Shown here one piece after another: positions 19,365 through 28,137 of a stretch of 64,000 bases of DNA; the first letter of the stretch is position 1, and each line of letters opens with the position of its first letter. The position numbers and the translations under genes were made by a program. The notes under the pieces were generated by a model. The model ran no database searches, was not told where the DNA came from, and saw only the letters and a list, made by a program, of their open reading frames with translations. The stretch is taken from positions 186,001 to 250,000 of IMG/VR virus record IMGVR_UViG_3300028558_000791. The stretch is one strand, 5' to 3'.

Positions 19365-20612
19365 ATGCAAATTGATGTAACTGAATTAGAACCATGCAGA
19401 TTGGCCATTCATTATGAAGCTAACTTCCTAGAGATTTCTGACAAGAGAGCAGAAGTTGAAGTAGCTTTCAAGAAGGCACCCGTTCCAGGCTTTAGGCCAG
19501 GAAAGGCTACGTCAGAAGTTATTAGAGTGCACTATCGTCAGCAGATTGACGACTCTCTAAAGCGAGCATTGGCTGAAGATGCTTTTCACAATACGCTTTT
19601 CGAAAAGAAACTAAGACCACACGGCGCCCCTCGTTTCAATAACTTACTGCTTGATGGTGGTAAGTTTACTTGTGAGTTTGAGCTTTTGACCAAGCCAAGT
19701 TTTGAGCTTCCAGATTGGAAGAATTTGGAAGTTCCCAAGCCACATGGTGAGGCAGATTCTAATGAACTAGCTCAGAAGATGATGCAGGACTTGCGCGTCC
19801 GTCTTGGTGATGTAACCCCATACACTGACACTGACTTTGTCCAAACTGGTGATAATGTCATTATCGATTACGAAGGTACTATCGATGGTGAGAAGGTTGA
19901 TAGCCTAGTTGCTCAGGGAGAAATGGTTACCATTGGTAGTAGCCCTCTAGCAGCTTTCGATAGCAATCTTTTGGGAATGTCTATGGGCGAGACTCGTGAG
20001 TTTGACTTCGTTGCACCGGAGAATGGTTTACCATCTCTATCTGGTAAGACTATCCACTTCACAGTTACTTTGAACATGGGCTCTAAGACTACGCCTGCCG
20101 CGTTGGATGATGAGATGGCTAAGAAGATGGGCAAAGCAAACTTTGCTGAGTTGGAGGAAATGGTGGCACAAGCCGCATTTGCCCGCTCTGCTAATATGAA
20201 CAAGATGGCCATTCATGAGGCTATCGCCAAGAAGTTGGTTGTTGAAACACAGGTTGCAGTTCCACGCTGGATGTCTCTATCCGAGGCTCAGTATCTAACT
20301 CAGCAGTCTCAGTTAGATTGGAATGTGTTGCCAGATTCTGACAAAGAGAAGATGATTGAAATGGCTGAGCAGAACGTAAAGCTATCTTTGGTCTTAGATA
20401 AGATTAGAGAGGCTGAACCAGAAGCTCAACTAACTGATCAGGAAGTCTTTGAGATTATTAAACAGAACCTAGCTCAAACTAAGGTTACTCAAAGTTTAGA
20501 TGAAGTTATTCAGCAAATGAATAAGACGGGTTATCTACAGATTCTGTTCTCTCGTATTAGAGATGAGAATACTATGGATTACGTAGTGAAGACAGTAAAG
20601 TTGATTGATTAA
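19365..20612 (+). CDS. tig: Trigger factor (ribosome-associated chaperone/PPIase)
   Basis: Ribosome-binding signature VPGFRPGKA, FKBP-like GDNVIIDYEGTIDGE...LLGMSMGETREF, SurA-like C-terminus. Confidence 0.92.
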   Translation: MQIDVTELEPCRLAIHYEANFLEISDKRAEVEVAFKKAPVPGFRPGKATSEVIRVHYRQQIDDSLKRALAEDAFHNTLFEKKLRPHGAPRFNNLLLDGGKFTCEFELLTKPSFELPDWKNLEVPKPHGEADSNELAQKMMQDLRVRLGDVTPYTDTDFVQTGDNVIIDYEGTIDGEKVDSLVAQGEMVTIGSSPLAAFDSNLLGMSMGETREFDFVAPENGLPSLSGKTIHFTVTLNMGSKTTPAALDDEMAKKMGKANFAELEEMVAQAAFARSANMNKMAIHEAIAKKLVVETQVAVPRWMSLSEAQYLTQQSQLDWNVLPDSDKEKMIEMAEQNVKLSLVLDKIREAEPEAQLTDQEVFEIIKQNLAQTKVTQSLDEVIQQMNKTGYLQILFSRIRDENTMDYVVKTVKLID

Positions 20613-20624
20613 GGAGAAAGTATA

Positions 20625-20951
20625 ATGGGAAAGAAAGCTGCTATTAATGTTCCGCTAACTAGTTTGCCTAAGAAGTGGGATGATCTCATTAAGAAGATGC
20701 CAGAGTTCAAAGACACGGCTGATGCGGCCGATGTGGATGGACTGAAGAAGATTATTGTTGAGTGTGAAGGTAACCTTTACACAGTCAACAAAGAACAAGA
20801 AGCCGATGCTAAGCTAGCGGGAGCACGTGAGATGGTTAAAGAACTATCTGCGCCTTACCGTGATGCCAGCAAGCATCAACAGGCTAAGATTCAGTACGCA
20901 CTACTTTGCTTAGAGAGCAAGGGCGTCGATCTAGATAACAAAGGCGACTAA
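20625..20951 (+). CDS. Hypothetical coiled-coil protein
   Basis: 108 aa, SD AAGGAG. Confidence 0.75.
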   Translation: MGKKAAINVPLTSLPKKWDDLIKKMPEFKDTADAADVDGLKKIIVECEGNLYTVNKEQEADAKLAGAREMVKELSAPYRDASKHQQAKIQYALLCLESKGVDLDNKGD

Positions 20952-21229
20952 TGAAAGTCGAGAGATTTCTCATACAAGCATGCTGTAACAAGACCCAGAT
21001 TGTCTTTAAACTAGACAAGCCTCTGGATCAAAGCATACTTGAAATTCTGAAAAGTAACGGGTTCACAGAAGCTCCACACTTTACTAAAGCCGGAATGCTA
21101 TATGCCGATAGTTCGGAATTAATAGTAACGGGTCCGTTTGGTGGGGATAAGCTTAATGCCAAGTGCAAAAAGCAAGACTGTAGCCAAACCCTCAATGATC
21201 TTGAGGCGTTACTTATCAGAATGGGGTGA
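20951..21229 (+). CDS. Hypothetical protein
   Basis: 92 aa, TAATG coupling. Confidence 0.7.
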   Translation: MKVERFLIQACCNKTQIVFKLDKPLDQSILEILKSNGFTEAPHFTKAGMLYADSSELIVTGPFGGDKLNAKCKKQDCSQTLNDLEALLIRMG

Positions 21230-21897
21230 CAATGGCAAATGGGTCAGGATCTATCGCTGAAATCAGAAAGAAAGTTACCAAAACCCATGAATTTATCTCT
21301 ACTTCATATCATGAAGCTGGACATACAATTTTTGCTCTTTTACACCTAATGAGAGTTAGTTCTGTATCGGTATTCGAAGATAAAAAATTGAAAAGGGTTC
21401 ATGGTAACACTTACTATGAATATCCTAGTGATTTGGACGAAGTCCAGGACCAAGACCTTCTAAATACTTTAGTTAAGGCCGAAGTTGGGATTAGTTACGC
21501 TGGTTTGATTGCTGAAAAGTCTTTGTTTAGAAGCATTTCTGGTTCTAAACAAACCCCAACGTTTATTAGCGATGGGTCAGCATCTGACAACAAGTCAGCC
21601 CGTGAGGTGATTAAAAAGTACAACCTAGCACCTCCTGGGCCTAAAAGAACTGCTTATAAAGCAAAGATTATGAGAGAAGTTCAACAGGAACTTCATGATA
21701 ATTGGGATGCTGTAATGGTCGTGTCTCACGCCCTATTCCGTCATCGTCGTTTGTCATTTGAAGATTTACAAGAATTGCTTACCAAAAAGACCCATAATAA
21801 AAAGTTTTGGAAAGACCAATTCAAAAAGATTAGCCATTTTTACGACAATAGCAAGGCCCTTGACGAAAAAGATCTAAAGATTATTTTATCAAGGTAA
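21226..21897 (+). CDS. Stand-alone peptidase M41 (FtsH protease-domain)-like protein
   Basis: SYHEAGHT (HExxH), YAGLIAE, GSASDNKSA corresponding to FtsH GASND. Confidence 0.75.
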   Translation: MTMANGSGSIAEIRKKVTKTHEFISTSYHEAGHTIFALLHLMRVSSVSVFEDKKLKRVHGNTYYEYPSDLDEVQDQDLLNTLVKAEVGISYAGLIAEKSLFRSISGSKQTPTFISDGSASDNKSAREVIKKYNLAPPGPKRTAYKAKIMREVQQELHDNWDAVMVVSHALFRHRRLSFEDLQELLTKKTHNKKFWKDQFKKISHFYDNSKALDEKDLKIILSR

Positions 21898-22018
21898 CGT
21901 AAGTTTCACACCGTATTCCCTGGCACAGTACACGCAGTCTATTCTTAGACTGAAAAATCCCCTAGAGTGGGTAAGATGTACAGACGTGTTACAATGCACA
22001 ACCACATCAGGAGGTCGT

Positions 22019-25000
22019 ATGACCGACTTTGTTTCATTGCATAATCAGACTGAGTTTTCTATTCTCGATTCAATCATCTCGCCCAAGGGGCTCTTCAAAC
22101 GAGCCAAAGAGTTAGGGCAGACAGCCGTTGCGATTACAGACCATGGCACACTAGCTGGAGCTTGGGATGCATGGAAAGCATCCAAAGAAACCGGAGTCAA
22201 ACTCATTATTGGTTGTGAGTGTTATTTTCAAGATGACGCTGCCAATGTCAATGAGAAGTTTCGTCATATCATTTTGCTAGCCAAGAACGCTGTTGGCTAT
22301 CGCAATCTTCTAACGTTGAACAAGAAGGGTTTCGACCAAAGTTCTTTCGTAGGTAAGCGCGTATACTCGGTTCTAGATTGGAATCTATTGGCCGAACATG
22401 CTGAGGGTCTCATTTGTTTGACGGCTTGTGGTAACGGTATTATCAGCCAGCCCATTATGAAGGGCAAGCTAGATGATGCTGAGAGAACGCTATTGCGCCT
22501 CAAGGATTTGTTTGGCGAGAATTTGGGTATCGAGATTCAGCCCAACAATATGAAGCGTGGTTCAAACATCTTTAACGATGAAATCGATCAAGACTTTTTG
22601 AACAGACAATTAGTGAAGCTCGGCAAGAAGCACGACATTCGTGTGGTCGCCGCTTGTAATGCGCACTATCTAACTAAGGAAGAGTCTAGTACTCATGATG
22701 CCTTTTTGGCAATTGGGTCTCACCAACCAATTCATTCTGGGTTCCGTCTTCGTTACCCCGTGCCAGAGTTTTATCTCAAGACTGGTGATGAAGTAAAGGA
22801 TTTCTTCACTAGAGTTTTCAAGGATGACGCTCAGACGTTTATCGACAACAGCATATACTTCTCCAATCTGTGCGAAGTGCCAGAATGGATTGACCCTAAG
22901 TATTCTAATCCATCAGGTAAGGAACTGCCACAGTTTCCGGTCAAAGATGAACTGGACTATGCTCAATTCCGTACTTGGGTTGCAACTCAGCCAGAAGATG
23001 TTCAGAAGTTAGAAGAAGATAAACTCTTCTTACGCTACCGTTGTGTTATGACGTTTGACTCTCGTGTCAAAAATTTGACACCAGAAAAACACAAAGAGTA
23101 TATGGCTCGTATTGATGAGGAGCTAGACGTTTTGGAGTTCCACGGCTTCTCTAGCTACATGCTCATCGTAGCCGATTTTATAGACTGGGCCAGAAAGCAT
23201 GAAATTGCTGTTGGTGAGGGTCGTGGTTCGGTCGGCGGCTCATTGATTGCATACCTGCTAGGAATCCATCAGGCCGATCCAATTAAGTACAATTTGATCT
23301 TTGCTCGTTTCCATAACAAGGAAAAGTCAAGCTTCCCCGATATTGATACGGACTTTGCGCCCTCTGGCCGTCCATTGGTTCAAGAATATCTACGAAACAA
23401 ATATGGAGCGGACCATGTAGCCCACGTTAGCAACGTCAACACTATTACGCCCAAGGTGTATGTGAAGGATATTGCCCGCGTTTGTGAGCTTGGTGGTTCC
23501 AAAGAAGATGCCGTTAGAATTGGCAATGAAGTGGCTAACTGCATTCCAGCAGAAATCCATTCTATTGACGATGCGTTGGCTAAAGTTCCGCTGTTTGCGG
23601 AATACGCCAAGAAATATCCAGAGTTCGAAAAGTACAAAGCTATCTGTGGAAAGTACCGTGCCTGGTCCACTCACGCTGGTGGTATTATCATCTCCGCTCG
23701 TCCCCTCACTGGACTTGTGCCGTTGAGAAAGGATAAAGATGGAGCATTGGCGATTGAGTATGATAAGGACAAGGCCGAAGAAAATGGTCTAGTCAAGATG
23801 GATACTTTGGGCCTTTCGACTCTGGATACTATTGGTCAAACCATGAAGCTGATCAAGGAGTCCGGTAAAATCGTTCCTGAAGTCATCAGCTATGATGAGT
23901 ACGACCAAGAAGCATACGATATCATTTCTAATGGTGATACGTTCTGTGTATTCCAGCTTGGAACATCTGGTGGTACGATTGATTTGTGTAAACAAATCAA
24001 GCCTAAATCTGTCAATGATATTAGCTACATTAACTCGTTAGCGCGTCCTTCTGCCCGTGATATGAGAAAGGACTTTATCCTTACTAAGGATGGAAAGAAA
24101 CCATTCTCTCTATTGCATCCAACATTAGGTCGAGCATTCAATAATACTTTCGGATTCGGTTTGTATGAAGAAAGTCTTATGTATTTAGCTCAAGACGTAG
24201 CAGGATGGAGCTTGCATGGAGCTGACCGTTTGCGTAAACTGACTAAGGAAAAGGGAAAGAATCCTAAGAAAGCGCAGGAATGGAGAAACGAATTTATCAA
24301 GGGCGCTGTTGAGAACAATGTAAACGAAGCTATTGCGAAACGTATCTGGGATGAAGTTGTTGACAAGTTCCAAGGTTACGGTTTCAATATGTCCCACTCC
24401 ATCTTGTATTCTATGACGAGTTACAAGACGGCATATCTCAAAGCTCATTTTCCAATTGAGTTCTTGATGGCTAACTTGATGGCTGAAGTCAAGTCCAATG
24501 CGCCAGACTCTAAGGGTAATATTGAGAAGATTAAGAAGGAGATTCGTAAACGTCGAGTCAAGATTGTTCCCCCAGATATCAACAAGTCTCAATTGGTTTA
24601 TACGATTGAAGATGGAAACAGATTGATTACTGGTTTGGATGCAATCAAGTTCGTAGGTGCAGATGCAATCAAGGAAATTATTGAGAAGCGACCGTTCACT
24701 GACTTCTTTGACTTTATGACCAGAGTAAGTTCCAAGGCAGTACGAGCGAATAGTATTCAAGCGCTTGCCGCGTGTGGTGCATTGGATTCGTTCAAGATTC
24801 CTCGTAAGCTGATGTTTTTGTATTGTTCTGACTATCGTAAGAAGTTACAGGTCTGGCTCAAGAAGCATGATCCAACGGTAGACCAGTTTGTTTACCCATG
24901 GCCTGCTGAACCAGATTGGTCGATGCCTGAAGTGTATGCTTTAGAGCAATATTATTTGGGAGAATCGTTTACTTGTAAACCTGCATTGGCTTATGGTAGA

Positions 25001-25534
25001 TTCTTTGATGGAGAGTTTGTGACTGTTCAGGACATTAAGCGATCCAAAGATAAGACCAATGTATCTTCTGTCAAAGGCATCATCCGAGACTTTTTTGAAT
25101 TTCGTGTCAAGAAGGAAGGTAAGTATTATGGTCAGCCAATGGTTAAGGCCGTAATGGAAGATAAGAATGGTGACCAATGTACATTGACGATCTTCCCAGA
25201 TCGTTGGAAGGTTGTGCAAGAAAGGATTGGAGAACTCAACAAGAAGGCTGAATTCGATGTAGGTATCGCATTGTTCTTTTCAGGGAATACCAATTCTTAT
25301 GAAGACGATATGGGTGTCATATTGGATCAATTGTATCATATTGCCCTGCCACCTCCCCTGCCAACCGACTTGAAAGCCAAGAAAATCAACCTCAAAGAGG
25401 CTAAGGCTAAAATGTTTGGAATTAAGGAAGAAGCCGAAAAACCTAAGAGTCCTCAGGAGATACTCGATGAAATCGAGGATACTTTGTATGATGAAGGTCT
25501 TATCGATTTGGATGACGAAAACGAGGATGACTGA
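22019..25534 (+). CDS. dnaE: DNA polymerase III alpha subunit
   Basis: PHP domain (SLHNQTEFSILD, AITDHG), GRGSVGGSL, catalytic FPDIDTDF, STHAGG, KMDTLGL, FNMSHS, OB fold; SD GGAGG before ATG 22019; no intein seen. Confidence 0.97.
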   Translation: MTDFVSLHNQTEFSILDSIISPKGLFKRAKELGQTAVAITDHGTLAGAWDAWKASKETGVKLIIGCECYFQDDAANVNEKFRHIILLAKNAVGYRNLLTLNKKGFDQSSFVGKRVYSVLDWNLLAEHAEGLICLTACGNGIISQPIMKGKLDDAERTLLRLKDLFGENLGIEIQPNNMKRGSNIFNDEIDQDFLNRQLVKLGKKHDIRVVAACNAHYLTKEESSTHDAFLAIGSHQPIHSGFRLRYPVPEFYLKTGDEVKDFFTRVFKDDAQTFIDNSIYFSNLCEVPEWIDPKYSNPSGKELPQFPVKDELDYAQFRTWVATQPEDVQKLEEDKLFLRYRCVMTFDSRVKNLTPEKHKEYMARIDEELDVLEFHGFSSYMLIVADFIDWARKHEIAVGEGRGSVGGSLIAYLLGIHQADPIKYNLIFARFHNKEKSSFPDIDTDFAPSGRPLVQEYLRNKYGADHVAHVSNVNTITPKVYVKDIARVCELGGSKEDAVRIGNEVANCIPAEIHSIDDALAKVPLFAEYAKKYPEFEKYKAICGKYRAWSTHAGGIIISARPLTGLVPLRKDKDGALAIEYDKDKAEENGLVKMDTLGLSTLDTIGQTMKLIKESGKIVPEVISYDEYDQEAYDIISNGDTFCVFQLGTSGGTIDLCKQIKPKSVNDISYINSLARPSARDMRKDFILTKDGKKPFSLLHPTLGRAFNNTFGFGLYEESLMYLAQDVAGWSLHGADRLRKLTKEKGKNPKKAQEWRNEFIKGAVENNVNEAIAKRIWDEVVDKFQGYGFNMSHSILYSMTSYKTAYLKAHFPIEFLMANLMAEVKSNAPDSKGNIEKIKKEIRKRRVKIVPPDINKSQLVYTIEDGNRLITGLDAIKFVGADAIKEIIEKRPFTDFFDFMTRVSSKAVRANSIQALAACGALDSFKIPRKLMFLYCSDYRKKLQVWLKKHDPTVDQFVYPWPAEPDWSMPEVYALEQYYLGESFTCKPALAYGRFFDGEFVTVQDIKRSKDKTNVSSVKGIIRDFFEFRVKKEGKYYGQPMVKAVMEDKNGDQCTLTIFPDRWKVVQERIGELNKKAEFDVGIALFFSGNTNSYEDDMGVILDQLYHIALPPPLPTDLKAKKINLKEAKAKMFGIKEEAEKPKSPQEILDEIEDTLYDEGLIDLDDENEDD

Positions 25535-25542
25535 TATATAAG

Positions 25543-25614
25543 ATACAGACGATATTGGATAATAACAAAATCGACGCATCAACCGAAAAATGATACGAAT
25601 GATATCGTCTGTAT
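25543..25614. repeat. Perfect 13-bp inverted repeat with 46-nt spacer
   Basis: atacagacgatat (25543-25555) / atatcgtctgtat (25602-25614). Confidence 0.9.
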
Positions 25615-25636
25615 ATGCATAATAAGGAAAGTAGTC

Positions 25637-26530
25637 ATGACCAAAATCAAACTCAAGGAATGGGCTGACCGTCACAACCTATCATATTTAACTGCAAATA
25701 GACATTTTCATGCAGGTATGATTCCAGGTGCGGTGCAGCTAGACTCAGGTACCATCCTTGTGGAGGATGAATCTCTGGAGCAGTCCATGGCCGCAAATCC
25801 ATCTCACGGTGATGCAATGTCTCTCTTCCTTAAAAAGACAGTTGAGTTTAGCAAGAACAATTCTACAGTAGAAGATTTTGCTGCTTTCATCATCTCTAAT
25901 TTCCAAATCAGGTTGAATACAACTCCTGATAGTCCTAAATACTCTCGTCGTAAACCAGAAGCGGATGAAGTGCAAAAACACTTTCAGCAATTCTTACCAG
26001 ATAAAGAATCCATTGAGCATCTAAAAGCCGTTAAGTCTTTGCTCAAGGAAGGTAAGCAAGCTGGTGATGTTGTGCCTGCCGAGGCAGCGCTCCCCGAGGC
26101 AGCGCTCCCCGTGGCAGCCACTTCACCCGTTGCTGGTTTAGATGAGAATCTCATGCAAGATTTTTTGGCGTCTCCTAGCGCCACAGACGTACGTATGTAC
26201 GGGAATGTTACTGAAGGTCTGGTATCACGAAGTGTTGATTTTGACACAACTCCACAACAGATCAACTATACCGGCTCTACAAGCCAGACCTTCAGTAACG
26301 CTTCTTTCAGCGAAGGCGTTAGTAGTAACTACATGGTAAGTGGTGTAAACGCAGCAAATCCAGTCTCACTCGGTTTTGTTGGAGCTAGCGTAATACTTAA
26401 TGCTGTCCCAGCCTCCGCTCCATTTCAACCAACACAAAAAGAATTATTGTCAGCCACACAGGTTATAGAGACAACCGAGACTGACGACCTCCCACGCAAG
26501 CGTGGCAGAAAACCATCTAAGAAGAGATAA
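25637..26530 (+). CDS. DNA-binding protein: IS607/MerR-like N-terminal HTH, no resolvase domain, basic AT-hook-like tail
   Basis: IKLKEWADRHNLSYLTANRHFHAGMIPGAVQLDSGTILV resembles the IS607 TnpA N-terminus; ends PRKRGRKPSKKR. Confidence 0.65.
   Translation: MTKIKLKEWADRHNLSYLTANRHFHAGMIPGAVQLDSGTILVEDESLEQSMAANPSHGDAMSLFLKKTVEFSKNNSTVEDFAAFIISNFQIRLNTTPDSPKYSRRKPEADEVQKHFQQFLPDKESIEHLKAVKSLLKEGKQAGDVVPAEAALPEAALPVAATSPVAGLDENLMQDFLASPSATDVRMYGNVTEGLVSRSVDFDTTPQQINYTGSTSQTFSNASFSEGVSSNYMVSGVNAANPVSLGFVGASVILNAVPASAPFQPTQKELLSATQVIETTETDDLPRKRGRKPSKKR
26081..26110 (+). repeat. In-frame 15-bp tandem duplication (EAALP x2)
   Basis: gaggcagcgctcccc twice, followed by a partial third copy. Confidence 0.9.
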
Positions 26531-26532
26531 TC

Positions 26533-27690
26533 ATGCAGCTACACAATCGTTTATCCAATTTGTTTCAAAAAGAAACTGACAGACTACTCAAGGGTTTCCT
26601 CAACGATAATCCCGATGTACTTAAGAAGTATGTTGAAGGTGGTGTTGTTGCCGTAGGCGCCGTTCTCAGACCAATCAATTCCTTTATGAGACACCTATTA
26701 GTGGTTCAAGGATTGGACCCGGAGGCCGTTCCTGGCGAGAAGCAAAGGCTTCTTGTCCTACAGTCTCTAACCAATTTCTTCGATTCAAAGCATGAAAAAG
26801 ACTTTGATGATGATTACGATCTATCTTGGGTTAATCAAAAGTTTGAAAAGACCAGAGGCGCTCTCAAAGACCTAAAGATGACTAAAGATAAGTTTATGGA
26901 ACTTACTGACCTATCTAGACTTCCAAATGTAAGAACATCTACCGTTCCTACTGTGGAAAGATTAGAAGATCTAACTGGTGAGCCAATTGATCATCTTGCT
27001 CAAAGAGTAAATCCAGTTGCTCCTGAACCAGAGAAGCGTGAGGCTCGTCTTACCTTTTCTGAACGAGCTGAAAAGTTGAAGAGAATTGCTCAAGATATTA
27101 GATCAGAATCTAAAGATTTCAATCCAGGTGATGCTATTCAGCAATTGAGAAGCTTTATGAATGACCTCGGCAAGCAGCTTGAAGATGTCAAGCCAGAGGT
27201 TGAAGAAAAGTCAGCTCCTCTAAAGCCAGGCAAGAAGAAGCTAAACAAAGGTAAGAGAGTCGGTTCAGGACTTAGAGTTCAGCGTGTTTCTAATACAGAA
27301 CCGGTGAAGGAAGTGCCAAGCACCCTAACTGTTGAGTCTGATCGTAAAGTACGCCCACCAGCAATACGTGAACCAGGCCGTAATCTAAGAGACTTGGCTT
27401 CTCAAAAGAAGGCAGAAATCAAGGCTGCTAAAGAAGCTACCCCTGAATTTAAGGCAGAGGCTGCTCGCAAATTAGCTAGAGCTACCGAGCTAACTCATCT
27501 TATGGCTCAAAAGGGTTTAGTTGAAGCTAGCGATACTGCTTTTAACACCCAGGTTGATTCTATGAAGAATTGGTCTGATAACAATTTTGATGCATTGGAA
27601 AGAGTAGTAACTAAGTACGGCCCTACTAAGGATGCCGTTGCAGAGAACAAATTCAAGGGTTCTTTCAGAAGAGCCAAGAATAAGGTATAA
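26533..27690 (+). CDS. Hypothetical protein carrying a copy of the scaffold C-terminal domain
   Basis: 385 aa; 27469-27624 aligns ungapped (20/52 identical) with 59998-60153 of the protease-scaffold ORF. Confidence 0.8.
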   Translation: MQLHNRLSNLFQKETDRLLKGFLNDNPDVLKKYVEGGVVAVGAVLRPINSFMRHLLVVQGLDPEAVPGEKQRLLVLQSLTNFFDSKHEKDFDDDYDLSWVNQKFEKTRGALKDLKMTKDKFMELTDLSRLPNVRTSTVPTVERLEDLTGEPIDHLAQRVNPVAPEPEKREARLTFSERAEKLKRIAQDIRSESKDFNPGDAIQQLRSFMNDLGKQLEDVKPEVEEKSAPLKPGKKKLNKGKRVGSGLRVQRVSNTEPVKEVPSTLTVESDRKVRPPAIREPGRNLRDLASQKKAEIKAAKEATPEFKAEAARKLARATELTHLMAQKGLVEASDTAFNTQVDSMKNWSDNNFDALERVVTKYGPTKDAVAENKFKGSFRRAKNKV

Positions 27691-28137
27691 ATGCCAATCA
27701 GACGCGTTCAACAACAATCAGATAGGGGAAGTATTAGTGACCTAGCCAATGGGGATGACGAGAAGTTTCCTCCAACGCCTCTCGAACTTCATTTGAAGGG
27801 ATTGTATGAACACGCTATGGTTACTAGAGATGAAGCTTTGCTCAACTCGTTAGGATTAATTCCTCTAAATGGCGATGCAAAGAACCCCGTTTCAATTTAT
27901 AGACATCGTGAGTATGTCAATGGCCTCAGCGCTGCTCTTGCGGAACAAATCAGGGAGACAGCTAAAGAAATTGAAGGATGCTTCACTGTAGACCAATCGA
28001 CCTTTTCATTTGAGTTGAAGATGTCTCAACACAAGCAAGCTCAAGCTTTATCCGTAATTTCTGAGCCAGAAACTTTAGTAAAGACAGCAAGTGATGATGG
28101 CGTTCCGCCAAGAAGAAGTTTTAGAAGGGTGATCTAA
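27691..28137 (+). CDS. Hypothetical protein
   Basis: 148 aa, abuts the upstream stop. Confidence 0.7.
   Translation: MPIRRVQQQSDRGSISDLANGDDEKFPPTPLELHLKGLYEHAMVTRDEALLNSLGLIPLNGDAKNPVSIYRHREYVNGLSAALAEQIRETAKEIEGCFTVDQSTFSFELKMSQHKQAQALSVISEPETLVKTASDDGVPPRRSFRRVI

Noticed and set aside
24185-24760. 191-aa minus-strand ORF within dnaE
   Set aside because: Antisense to a highly conserved gene; no motif or SD support.
25637-26530. IS607 transposon
   Set aside because: Only the HTH is present; there is no serine recombinase catalytic domain and no tnpB.
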